A stretch of DNA of 64,000 bases from a virus. Below are positions 26,558 through 35,268 of this stretch, one piece after another; position 1 is the first letter of the stretch, and every line of letters starts with the position of its first letter. The notes under the pieces were generated by a model. The model saw only the letters and a program-made list of their open reading frames with translations, was not told the origin of the DNA and did not search any database. The translations under genes and the position numbers were made by a program. Where the stretch lies: positions 32,001 to 96,000 of the IMG/VR virus record IMGVR_UViG_3300031521_000011, one strand, 5' to 3'.

Positions 26558-27250
26558 ATGAATCAAGTTAAATTCAAGCAAAAGACTGCCACAGAAATTA
26601 TTGAGTTCCTAAAAGAAGCAAGGGCTATGAGGCCAGATGAAAGCAAACATGATCCATATAAAACCACGAAGACTGTAGGAAAGGTAAATGCCATTGATAT
26701 GGGTCTTAATATAGGACAGGACCTGGTTGCGAATATGGCTGGAGCGCTTACTGTCGGATTGGCAGGCACTGCGCTTGGTGGACATTCCAAGTTGCATACT
26801 CCAGAAGATATAGCAAAATTGAAAGAGAGCCTGGAGAGTTATAATCATACGCCTGAAGCACACACCCGATTGCACAATGTTATTAATGAAATGCAGCGTG
26901 GTGGAGAGGCAAGTCTCGGCGATACAATGAAGAACATCGGGCATAGCTTCAGACGTGATGGCTATAAGAAGACTATGGATGGAATTAAGGCAGCCACAAA
27001 AACACCGGCCTTTAAAGATGCTCTTTCATCTTTCAAGAATTCACAAAAGATTCTGATCCCTGCAGGTTTAGGATTGACGGGCCTTTATACCTTAAATGCA
27101 TATAATCAAGATCGAAAAGATCTTCTTGCTCAGCAAAAGGAAATGAAGAAAACTGCAGCAGTCATTGAGCAGTCAATGCCGCATGCCCGGCCAGAAGATA
27201 TTCCAGGGACATACTGGTGGATTCGCTCGATGATGGCCAAAAAAAAGTAA
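26558..27250 (+). CDS. putative internal head protein
   Basis: GGAGGAG RBS; QKTAT, LKEAR and KKTAA motifs; Gly-zippers. Confidence 0.7.
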   Translation: MNQVKFKQKTATEIIEFLKEARAMRPDESKHDPYKTTKTVGKVNAIDMGLNIGQDLVANMAGALTVGLAGTALGGHSKLHTPEDIAKLKESLESYNHTPEAHTRLHNVINEMQRGGEASLGDTMKNIGHSFRRDGYKKTMDGIKAATKTPAFKDALSSFKNSQKILIPAGLGLTGLYTLNAYNQDRKDLLAQQKEMKKTAAVIEQSMPHARPEDIPGTYWWIRSMMAKKK

Positions 27251-27254
27251 AGTG

Positions 27255-27281
27255 AAAGGACCCCATTTTTGGGGTCCTTTT
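27255..27281. terminator. bidirectional terminator
   Basis: AAAGGACCCCA/TGGGGTCCTTT stem between the convergent CDS and tRNA. Confidence 0.8.
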
Positions 27282-27284
27282 GAT

Positions 27285-27362
27285 TGGTTGCGGGTGAAGG
27301 ATTTGAACCTCCGAACCTTCGGGTTATGAACCCGACGAGCTACCAGACTGCTCTAACCCGCG
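27285..27362 (-). tRNA. initiator tRNA-fMet (CAT)
   Basis: cloverleaf CGCGGGT...ACCCGCA-ACCA with C1:A72 mismatch, GGG/CCC anticodon stem, CAT anticodon, TTCAAAT T-loop, encoded CCA. Confidence 0.95.
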
Positions 27363-27367
27363 ATAAT

Positions 27368-27396
27368 GTTATACCATTTTTACGACTTGCTGTCAA
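27368..27396 (-). promoter_or_regulatory. sigmaA-type promoter of the tRNA
   Basis: TTGACA-17bp-TATAAC with extended TG. Confidence 0.8.
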
Positions 27397-27644
27397 CTCT
27401 TATAAACGATTCCGTCCTCAGAGTGTGATTGAAACTGGTGGAGAGCAGAAGCAACTTCAGCCACTCCGCCCGGTTTGGAAAGCACGTTGCGCTGAAGTGC
27501 GCGAACAAATGAGTCCATAATAAGATCGAGACCACTGCTGTTGAGTAAAATGCGAAATGAATTGTCTTTATAGGTACCTGAAACTTCAAGCCTATTGTTA
27601 CCTTTTTTTTCTTCTTTCGCCTCAATAAAAAGAACCGATGCCAT
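27393..27644 (-). CDS. hypothetical protein
   Basis: 83 aa; GAGGAGGT RBS after the phage promoter. Confidence 0.7.
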   Translation of the reverse strand: MASVLFIEAKEEKKGNNRLEVSGTYKDNSFRILLNSSGLDLIMDSFVRALQRNVLSKPGGVAEVASALHQFQSHSEDGIVYKS

Positions 27645-27662
27645 AACAGCACCTCCTCATTG

Positions 27663-27677
27663 TTTTATTACTTATAC
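27663..27677 (-). promoter_or_regulatory. phage promoter GTATAAGTAATAAAA
   Basis: exact consensus. Confidence 0.8.
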
Positions 27678-27702
27678 GGTTTTTCTGATTATGAAATGAA
27701 AA

Positions 27703-27731
27703 TTGCGCCTGTTTTGAGATTGTGGTATGAT
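27703..27731 (+). promoter_or_regulatory. sigmaA-type promoter with extended -10
   Basis: TTGCGC-17bp-TATGAT with TG. Confidence 0.7.
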
Positions 27732-27757
27732 AATCCAGAGAATATGCTGCGGAAGAG

Positions 27758-29236
27758 GTGCAAACAATGAATTACACATATAGAGACGCTTTGATGGATT
27801 TAGAGAAACTTGAGTCAACATTGCTTACTGAGGAATTTGAGAAATTCGCAGAAGAGATGATGGAAAAAGAAGCTCTGCCACTTGGCGCTATTTGGAGTGG
27901 CCTCAAGGCTTTTGGAACTGGCGCAGGTCAAATATTGCGCGGTGCCGGCAGATCTGTCGCTCCTGCATTGAAGGGTGTTGGTTCAGCACTTTCAAAAGGT
28001 GTAGGCGCAAAGACCCTTGCAGAAGGTGTTGATGGCGCCAAAGGTTTGAAGAGTTCGCTTGGCGAACTTGGTAAGACAGTAAAGGGCCAGGCCTCCGGCG
28101 TCGCAGATAAGATGAAGGACCTTGGAACTCAGACTAAGAAGTTCATGAATCCTCCAAAACCGGTTGCGCCAACTCCTCCAAGTACGGCGCTGGCTACTAT
28201 TCCGAAAGAGAAGGGATTTACTACCCCGGATGGAGTGAATACCCAATCCAACACGGCGGCGGGAAGAAATGCTGGAAAGCCCAAAACTGGTCTCGCTACA
28301 ACACCGAAACCAAATACAGACTTCACCACCCCAGGCGGAGTAAATACCCATTCTGATACAGCAGCCGGAAGACGGGCTGGTTCTGGACTTCCTGCGCAAA
28401 GACCAGAAAGTGAATGGCTCATGAATACAATGATACCTAAAGAGCAAGCTGCTGGTGCAGCCGGCGCTGTCAAGAAGAAGATGCCTGAATGGGTGGTCCC
28501 CGGTGCGGTTGGTGTCGGCGCGGGTGCATTGGGTATGCATGCATACGACAATAATCAGGCGGATAAGGCTGCAAGCGATGTTTCTTGCACAGACATGCTT
28601 GGTTATATGGATGTTTTGGCGGCCTCATTATCTGAAGAAGATTTTGAGAAAATTTCTCAGGAGATTATGGAAAAGAACGCCAATGTGCTTATCAATATGG
28701 GAAAAGCCATTGGTCGGAGTGCTGAATCAGCCGGTGCTCGCAAAGCAATAGGCGCAACCCTTAAACAGGACGTTAAAGCTGCAAAAGGAACTTTTAAGGC
28801 TGGCGTTAAAGACCTGAAAGATAAGGCCAAGCTGGATAAAGGCAATGTCGGAAAACCCGCCCCCGCAGCAGCCCCGGCAGCGGCAGCTACACCAACTCCC
28901 GCAGCGGCCCCGGCAGCAGCACCGGCAGCGGCTCCACAGTCTTTAGCGACTCCAGCCCCGGCGGCCGGCGCAACCGGCGCGGCCCCGGCAGCACCTGGAA
29001 AGAAGCCAAAGAAACCTGCCTCCTTTACCGACAAGGTAAAAGCATTCGGAACAGGTGCAGGCGTAGGCGCACTCGGCGTAGGTGTTGGATCGCAGTTTAT
29101 AGGGAAGAAGCCTGATGAGCAGCAATCGGTGTATGCATGTGCCGACATCCTTCATGATTTCGATAAGGTTTCTGTTGATTTAAGTGAAGAGGACGTAGAG
29201 ACTCTTGCAAAAGAAATCCTGCGTGATATCATGTAA
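27758..29236 (+). CDS. putative virion polyprotein (three acidic repeats alternating with cationic Gly/Ala-rich segments)
   Basis: repeats ..EEFEKFAEEMMEKEA, ..LSEEDFEKISQEIMEKNA and ..LSEEDVETLAKEIL. Confidence 0.7.
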   Translation: MQTMNYTYRDALMDLEKLESTLLTEEFEKFAEEMMEKEALPLGAIWSGLKAFGTGAGQILRGAGRSVAPALKGVGSALSKGVGAKTLAEGVDGAKGLKSSLGELGKTVKGQASGVADKMKDLGTQTKKFMNPPKPVAPTPPSTALATIPKEKGFTTPDGVNTQSNTAAGRNAGKPKTGLATTPKPNTDFTTPGGVNTHSDTAAGRRAGSGLPAQRPESEWLMNTMIPKEQAAGAAGAVKKKMPEWVVPGAVGVGAGALGMHAYDNNQADKAASDVSCTDMLGYMDVLAASLSEEDFEKISQEIMEKNANVLINMGKAIGRSAESAGARKAIGATLKQDVKAAKGTFKAGVKDLKDKAKLDKGNVGKPAPAAAPAAAATPTPAAAPAAAPAAAPQSLATPAPAAGATGAAPAAPGKKPKKPASFTDKVKAFGTGAGVGALGVGVGSQFIGKKPDEQQSVYACADILHDFDKVSVDLSEEDVETLAKEILRDIM

Positions 29237-29259
29237 GGACAACGGGAGGATGGTTGTCC

Positions 29260-30531
29260 ATGAGTACCAGAACGCATAAGGGGCCAAATCCAAAGAATCA
29301 AGACTCTCAAAAGGTTGCGGTAACCGTTCTTGATGGTCGTATACAGAACACCATCAACATCATTGATAGTAAGCCGCATGCCAAATATATTAGATATCTG
29401 CTTTCAAAGAGATACTCTCCGAGGCAGATAAAAAATGAACTACAGCGACTAGCTCTTTCAGCGCCTCATGAGAAGGCGCTGAAAGCTTATTATTTTGCCG
29501 TCATGGATCCTGTAATTAAGACGCTTGGACTCGGAAAACTTTATTCAGATTATAAGAATAAACTTCTCCGAACTGATAACATTAAAGGTGATTTTGTTAA
29601 TTACTTGTTGAAGTTCCGGCTAGAGCTCGATAGATCTCTGGAGGACCAGGTTTCTTTTTGCAAATTTGTTCAAGAGATGGATATTGAAGAATGCTGGTCT
29701 CATGAAGTTTTGGGGTTTTATGGTACGGTAGCCAACATCCCCGAAGATGAAAATGGCAATCGAATTATCAAGACACCGAATTTCAGGGGAACAGTTCCTG
29801 AAAAGATTCTAATGAGCGAGAAGCGCTACCTGATTGATAAGTTCGTTTTAGAGAACGTTCCAGATGCCAGAATCAGCGCTTACGCCAGAACAGAACTCAA
29901 AATACCGATTACTGATGGGGATGTTTCCTATTATAAGAAAGTATTCTTCAATCTGCGCACCAAAGGTTTCGATGAAAAGATACAAGCCCTAGAGTCCGAG
30001 AAGACATCCCTGGAAAGTTTCATTGAGGTCATCGCCAGCGATAATGAGATGGAGGCCAGCGAAAGGGCGCTCATAAGGCGACAGACTAACGATAGGATCA
30101 GGGAGCTTGAGGATAGCATCAAAACATTGAACATGTTGTTCAGTGAGTCTGTAAATGGACAACTCCGCACTGAGAATGAATCTATAGAACAAATATTCCT
30201 TGATGTACTGCATCGTACACACAACCGGTTCAAGCAACTTGATAGGAGTCAGGACCGCGACGTCGTGGAACCAATATTTAAGACAGTCAGGATTCTGGCT
30301 ATGGCAGCAGATAAGCTGGAGGCTCTCAAAAAGCATGACGACTCTGGCAATGAAGACAAGCATTCACAGACAGAACTCTTGCAGCTATATAAGGCTCGTG
30401 TGGATGAGGCTTATGACGAGCAAGATGTAAAGCTAGTCAATCCGCCCGGGGGCGATGAAGATGCTGAAGGAATCCTTGGATTGGATGAGATTGGTATGAT
30501 TCCTGGAGGAGAAGAAGAGACAGACGAATGA
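29260..30531 (+). CDS. hypothetical late protein (two HTH-like segments plus coiled coil; possible terminase small subunit)
   Basis: long helical ORF with acidic tail; the functional call is weak inference. Confidence 0.55.
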   Translation: MSTRTHKGPNPKNQDSQKVAVTVLDGRIQNTINIIDSKPHAKYIRYLLSKRYSPRQIKNELQRLALSAPHEKALKAYYFAVMDPVIKTLGLGKLYSDYKNKLLRTDNIKGDFVNYLLKFRLELDRSLEDQVSFCKFVQEMDIEECWSHEVLGFYGTVANIPEDENGNRIIKTPNFRGTVPEKILMSEKRYLIDKFVLENVPDARISAYARTELKIPITDGDVSYYKKVFFNLRTKGFDEKIQALESEKTSLESFIEVIASDNEMEASERALIRRQTNDRIRELEDSIKTLNMLFSESVNGQLRTENESIEQIFLDVLHRTHNRFKQLDRSQDRDVVEPIFKTVRILAMAADKLEALKKHDDSGNEDKHSQTELLQLYKARVDEAYDEQDVKLVNPPGGDEDAEGILGLDEIGMIPGGEEETDE

Positions 30532-30533
30532 AT

Positions 30534-30573
30534 AAAAAAGGAATAGGGACCCCCATCCGGGGTCCCTATTTTT
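30534..30573. terminator. bidirectional terminator
   Basis: AATAGGGACCCC/GGGGTCCCTATT stem with A- and T-tracts. Confidence 0.8.
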
Positions 30574-30799
30574 ATTCATCACCTAGTGACTTTACTTCAC
30601 GCGCAACTCTGATGTTGTCCACGGCCTTGGCCAACGATAGCGCTACGATGTCGATTGCTCCGCCCCTTATTTTAAGACGGGTAGTTCTTGACATAATTGA
30701 ACCATCGATAATTATGTCATTGTCCTCGCTGCGAGCCTCAAGATTAATGTCTATAAGCTTCGCATCTTCAGGCGTGATAATAACCTCACTGTCTTGCAT
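30572..30799 (-). CDS. hypothetical protein
   Basis: start MQDSEV after AAGGAGGG. Confidence 0.65.
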   Translation of the reverse strand: MQDSEVIITPEDAKLIDINLEARSEDNDIIIDGSIMSRTTRLKIRGGAIDIVALSLAKAVDNIRVAREVKSLGDE

Positions 30800-31616
30800 A
30801 TTGTCCCTCCTTTGCAGATTTATATGTTGCTCTCTCCGGAAGCTCCTCCCGGACATATGAATCAAGGAACTTAATAAAAGTGTCCCTGGTCCTTTCTTGA
30901 TTGGTGACATCCACGATGAATTTGTGGTCGTTGGTAGCCCAATCCACGAAGCACTCCAGAAGATTCATATTCATGGCCATATGGGCGATCAGCCATTCAG
31001 GCGGATCTTCTTTGCAAAGCCCATTGCCCGTATCATATTTTGCGAATTCTTCCACATTGAAACTTCCTTCGATGTCCTCAAAGAGATATATTATTTCATG
31101 CCTTAGGCCAATTTCATAAGCCATAGCATACACCTTTTCGGCAGAGTAGAACATTACATTATCCCACTTCCAGCGCCGCTGCTCTTCTGTAATTGCATCC
31201 CTAATCTTATCAACATCAAATTCCGAACTGGCAATTGTACTCTCAAGGTTGAGTGGCATTCCCTTTACATACTTGATTGCTTCTGGGCAATCAGAATCAA
31301 TTGCTCTACTACCGAGAATTTCGCGGCCATCTTTTAATTCCGAGCAAAGTGCAAGTAATTCAGAAGAATCCGCACTCATTGCAATCCGACGAGCTTCTTC
31401 CTCATTTGCAGCCTCCACCGGTACAACTATGCAGCATGATATATCCATCAGATATAATGGCTTTGGCTTCTCATCTGGACGCCCTTCAATTACAACAAGA
31501 GGAACCTCGTCAAAGTTGCCATCACTGAGTTCACCGATTCCAAGGGTGCCGAGAAGACGAGCCTGTGCCTCGGGAGTGAGGTCACGCGCCATGACTTTGA
31601 ATTGCATATTTTTCAT
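30786..31616 (-). CDS. hypothetical acidic protein
   Basis: 276-aa ORF, GGAGGGG RBS. Confidence 0.7.
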   Translation of the reverse strand: MKNMQFKVMARDLTPEAQARLLGTLGIGELSDGNFDEVPLVVIEGRPDEKPKPLYLMDISCCIVVPVEAANEEEARRIAMSADSSELLALCSELKDGREILGSRAIDSDCPEAIKYVKGMPLNLESTIASSEFDVDKIRDAITEEQRRWKWDNVMFYSAEKVYAMAYEIGLRHEIIYLFEDIEGSFNVEEFAKYDTGNGLCKEDPPEWLIAHMAMNMNLLECFVDWATNDHKFIVDVTNQERTRDTFIKFLDSYVREELPERATYKSAKEGQYARQ

Positions 31617-31658
31617 GCTTTCCCCTCCATAAAATTTAAGAGGAGCAATTTGCTCCTC

Positions 31659-31673
31659 TTTTATTCCTTATAC
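31659..31673 (-). promoter_or_regulatory. phage promoter variant GTATAAGGAATAAAA overlapping a gene end
   Basis: consensus match encoded in the last codons (RYKE-stop) of 31661..31993. Confidence 0.55.
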
Positions 31674-31993
31674 CGTTTTTTCTTCTTCTTTGGATAAAAC
31701 TTCTTATAGATTTCAAAATCCCCGTATAATACTTTGCTTAATCCTTGTTGTAATCGCCTTGGGTAATGGAATGGCCAACTATGTTCTCTGCCATTGACCA
31801 TTCTGGCGGCTCGTGTCGCAATCATCTTAGCTATTGAGAAGTCGTTATCACCAGGGATGTGACAATGATATATTTCTGGTGAAGGGGCATCTTCGGGTGG
31901 TTTAAGATTCACGACGGTCCAATAACAACCGCCGCTGTTTGGATTTCTTACAACAATGAAATCTCCTCTAGAGAATCTTATGTCTCTGGACAT
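31661..31993 (-). CDS. hypothetical basic protein
   Basis: 110-aa ORF, AAGAGG RBS. Confidence 0.65.
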   Translation of the reverse strand: MSRDIRFSRGDFIVVRNPNSGGCYWTVVNLKPPEDAPSPEIYHCHIPGDNDFSIAKMIATRAARMVNGREHSWPFHYPRRLQQGLSKVLYGDFEIYKKFYPKKKKKRYKE

Positions 31994-32021
31994 AAAACCT
32001 CTTTCCGCCGTTTAGTACAGC

Positions 32022-32501
32022 TTATAAGTGTTTCCAGCTCCCTGTGCTGTCAACTCTTATTATATCACCAAACCCCTCGGATTTCATAGGCGATTCCAAT
32101 GCGATATACATACTTCTTATTACATCTTGTGGAACTTGCCTTTCACGATTGTGCTGCCGGGCAAATGCTTCTTTGTAATCGATATCCATATAGACAGCAG
32201 TAATGGATGCACCGTATTCTTTTGCGATAGCAATCCACTCATAACGCTGTGACTTCGTAAGGTTGCAATTATCGAGGATAATGAACTTTTTATCCTCGAG
32301 TGCTTTCCTGTACCTATCCAGCGCTATGATCTTTACCTGAACTTCAAATTGCTTATCAAACTCAACTCCAAATACTTGCATGCGGATCTCATCACGATTA
32401 ATCCGCACTGTATCTTGTTCCATCATATCTGCCGCCCAGGTGGACTTTCCAGATCCCGGGATACCAATCATCATTGTTACGTCGGATGCCATAGATGCCA
32501 C
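32022..32501 (-). CDS. P-loop kinase (AAA_33 / polynucleotide-kinase-like)
   Basis: GIPGSGKSTWA, RINRDEIR, ILDNCN and RERQVP motifs. Confidence 0.85.
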   Translation of the reverse strand: MASMASDVTMMIGIPGSGKSTWAADMMEQDTVRINRDEIRMQVFGVEFDKQFEVQVKIIALDRYRKALEDKKFIILDNCNLTKSQRYEWIAIAKEYGASITAVYMDIDYKEAFARQHNRERQVPQDVIRSMYIALESPMKSEGFGDIIRVDSTGSWKHL

Positions 32502-32502
32502 C

Positions 32503-33012
32503 TCAGTTCAAAATTTCGATACCGGTAGGAATATCAATCTCTGGATAAACAGACACCTTTTTGCCATCCTCGTCAATAAAGAATGTGCTCACGACGGTGA
32601 CCTCTTCCGGCTGTCCCTGATCCCCGATCTTGATCATCGTAGTGGAGGACTGGCCATATGCGACTACTTTTTGAAGAATCCACACCTTGCTGTCACCCTG
32701 CGTGATGCGTACTGATTCTCCAAGTATGGATGTTGATGGTAGTTGGGTGTCTGTCTTTTTGGAAATATCTTCCATCCCAACAGAAGATATTTCCTTCATC
32801 AGGTTTTGAGACACTGACAGGATACGATCACGAGTTCTTGTTTCCGACTTCTCGATCTCATTCCGCAGCAAGAGACGCATGCGAGATTCAATACCCTTGT
32901 TGTTCCTATCGATAACCTTATCGACCTGCGACATTACAGTCGCTATGGCGTCATTGACATATTTTGTTATCTGAGCCATTAAAGTATACCTTGCGGTGGC
33001 AGTGAAAAACAT
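32503..33012 (-). CDS. hypothetical protein
   Basis: 169 aa, GAGGGG RBS; possible TTGACA-17-TACATT promoter at 33052-33080. Confidence 0.65.
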   Translation of the reverse strand: MFFTATARYTLMAQITKYVNDAIATVMSQVDKVIDRNNKGIESRMRLLLRNEIEKSETRTRDRILSVSQNLMKEISSVGMEDISKKTDTQLPSTSILGESVRITQGDSKVWILQKVVAYGQSSTTMIKIGDQGQPEEVTVVSTFFIDEDGKKVSVYPEIDIPTGIEILN

Positions 33013-33102
33013 ATCGTAACCCCCTCAATATGAGCAGTGTTTTACCAATCAAATGTATATCATTATGAAGCCAATGTCAATAATAGACTGAAGGATTACC
33101 CT

Positions 33103-33324
33103 TCAGTCTTGCACTCTTTTTAGTTTTGAAATTGCTGACGACAACAGATTCTCAGTAGTATAAAGAGGCAATCCAGCCTCATCTGATATTTTTTCGACAT
33201 CTGTGATTTTGTCACGATTGATTCCGAATACGATACAAATTACCTTTTTCTCTGCCTGTGTGAGCAAATCAAGATTTTTCATAACGGTTTCATATGGAAT
33301 ATCTATCTTGATTATCAACTGCAT
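33103..33324 (-). CDS. stand-alone sigma70 region-4-like HTH protein
   Basis: LDLLTQAEKKVI.IVFGI...EKISDEAGL...SAISKLK resembles the sigma4 pattern. Confidence 0.65.
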   Translation of the reverse strand: MQLIIKIDIPYETVMKNLDLLTQAEKKVICIVFGINRDKITDVEKISDEAGLPLYTTENLLSSAISKLKRVQD

Positions 33325-33331
33325 TACCTCC

Positions 33332-33346
33332 TTTTCTTACTTATAC
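33332..33346 (-). promoter_or_regulatory. phage promoter variant GTATAAGTAAGAAAA
   Basis: near-consensus, abuts an AAGGAGGT RBS. Confidence 0.7.
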
Positions 33347-33375
33347 TTGGATTGATTTTTACTTCATTGTATAAT
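33347..33375 (+). promoter_or_regulatory. sigmaA-type promoter of the terminase gene
   Basis: TTGGAT-17bp-TATAAT. Confidence 0.7.
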
Positions 33376-33388
33376 AAGTCTGGAAGAG

Positions 33389-35224
33389 GTGGCCTTCGTG
33401 AGTAAAAAAACCAAAGAATTCCTCGAAAAATACGCTGAAGAGGAATACCAGAGGATAAAAGAAGAAGAAGCTTTAAACCAGCAGGCGAATGAAGAAGCGC
33501 AAGCCATGGCTTCTAGTGCTGACGAGCAATACAGCGAATTGAAGTCAAAACGGGTCAATCAGAAATATGAAAACCAAAAGGACGGCAAGCCTCTTATGAG
33601 GAATGTTATCGTCCCTTCGATTTTTGCAGAAGCCACATATCTGCTGGACGGTAGGCCATTGCGGCTCAAAAATAGAAAATACTATCGCTTCATTCACGAT
33701 GCTGACATTACCAATGGCCTATTGAAGACGGCCCGCCAGGTTGAAAAGTCTACAACCTTTTCAGTTAAAATTGCAGACGATACGCTTCTCACGCCATTCG
33801 TTAGGAGTCTATATTATGCACCATTAAATGAACAGGTGAAGATGTTCTCCGAAGATAGACTCGGGCGCCTGTTTGTATATTCTCAGGCCGACGTTATCAA
33901 GAGAACATTCATCCGATCTGCAGACAAGCAGAATGTCTTCAATAAATCTTTCTCAAATGGATCATTGATATATCTTAGACACTGTTACGGCCTAGGCGAC
34001 AATATGCGTGGTCTTTCTGTCAACAACACATACGGAGATGAAATTCAGGATATTGATATCGATGCTATCCCTGTTGTCCAGGAGTGCCAGGCCCACGCAC
34101 ATGACCTAGGCCCCGGCATTATGTCCCGGTGGTTTGCCGGCACGCCAAAGACGTTCTCCAATACAATTCAGGAACTCTGGAATCGAAGCAATCAATGCGA
34201 GTGGATCATCCGCTGCCCGGCGTGTAACCGGGACCAGATTCTTGGATTAGAGAATATCACAGAGCATGCTTACCTATGCAGAAATTCAAAATGCAGAAAG
34301 CCGCTCACTGCTGAAATCATATCTGAGTTTGGACGTTGGTTCAAACTCAATGAATCTTCGGAGACATGGGGATTCCATATCAATCAGCTTATGTCTCCAG
34401 CCATGCCGGTGGAGGAAGTTTTTGCAAAGGTTAATACCTATGATAAGCAGAGGCTATTCAATGAGGTATTGGGTCTTAGTTATGAAAACGCAGAAAAGCC
34501 ATTCCCTCCGACATTACTTGCATATATTTCAGCAAATGATTTGAAAATGATGTCTCAGCCTCAAGGATATTTTAATAACGTTCCCATCTTTATGGGTGTT
34601 GACTGGGGCACTGGAGAGCGCTCCTACACAGTCGTTTATATTGGCGCATATAATAAGGAAGGGCAATGGCAACTTCTGTACACCCACAAGTATCACACTA
34701 AGGAAGAGAATGAGAGAGATTACCAGGTTCGCGACATTGCTCGCTTAATGACAATATTTCATGTCGGATATTGCATCGCTGACTATGGTCACGGCTTTCA
34801 GTCAAATCAGCAATTGAAGAATCTCTTTAAAGAGCGTTTTGATGCCATGTTCTATTCCAGTAGTCTTGGGCAACTCAGAATATATGATTCGCAGAAATCG
34901 CACTGGGTCGTCAACAGAACAAGAACCATTCATGAATACGTGACTGCCCATAAAGAAATGCGAGTTGTCTGGCCGGGTGCAAGCAAAGAGGAGATCGAAT
35001 TTCTTTATGAACACCATCTGGCTGAGCAGACGGAATATAAATCCATGCGTCCAAAAGCAGGACAAAATATCCTAATAACCAGAAGTGAAGAGATGTACTA
35101 CTCTCACCCTGCAAGTTCTCCGGATGATGGTATGCATGCTGGCGTGTATGCATATACGGCTTCTTTGATTAAGCCGGCCGGCGGCGCTTCACAATACGGT
35201 TTCGCCGGGGCCGTATCGAGGTAG
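33389..35224 (+). CDS. terL: terminase large subunit (GpA-like)
   Basis: KTARQVEKST Walker A-like, GDEIQD Walker B, GTPKT, CxxC..CxxxxC, nuclease motifs MGVDWG and DDGMHA. Confidence 0.88.
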   Translation: MAFVSKKTKEFLEKYAEEEYQRIKEEEALNQQANEEAQAMASSADEQYSELKSKRVNQKYENQKDGKPLMRNVIVPSIFAEATYLLDGRPLRLKNRKYYRFIHDADITNGLLKTARQVEKSTTFSVKIADDTLLTPFVRSLYYAPLNEQVKMFSEDRLGRLFVYSQADVIKRTFIRSADKQNVFNKSFSNGSLIYLRHCYGLGDNMRGLSVNNTYGDEIQDIDIDAIPVVQECQAHAHDLGPGIMSRWFAGTPKTFSNTIQELWNRSNQCEWIIRCPACNRDQILGLENITEHAYLCRNSKCRKPLTAEIISEFGRWFKLNESSETWGFHINQLMSPAMPVEEVFAKVNTYDKQRLFNEVLGLSYENAEKPFPPTLLAYISANDLKMMSQPQGYFNNVPIFMGVDWGTGERSYTVVYIGAYNKEGQWQLLYTHKYHTKEENERDYQVRDIARLMTIFHVGYCIADYGHGFQSNQQLKNLFKERFDAMFYSSSLGQLRIYDSQKSHWVVNRTRTIHEYVTAHKEMRVVWPGASKEEIEFLYEHHLAEQTEYKSMRPKAGQNILITRSEEMYYSHPASSPDDGMHAGVYAYTASLIKPAGGASQYGFAGAVSR

Positions 35225-35230
35225 GCGCTA

Positions 35231-35259
35231 TTGCCTTTGCGGATAATTGACAGTATAAT
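35231..35259 (+). promoter_or_regulatory. sigmaA-type promoter
   Basis: TTGCCT-17bp-TATAAT. Confidence 0.75.
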
Positions 35260-35268
35260 TGATGAGAG

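Noticed and set aside
27284-27520. 78-aa plus-strand ORF MVAGEGFEPP...
   Set aside because: Spurious translation of the antisense strand of the tRNA
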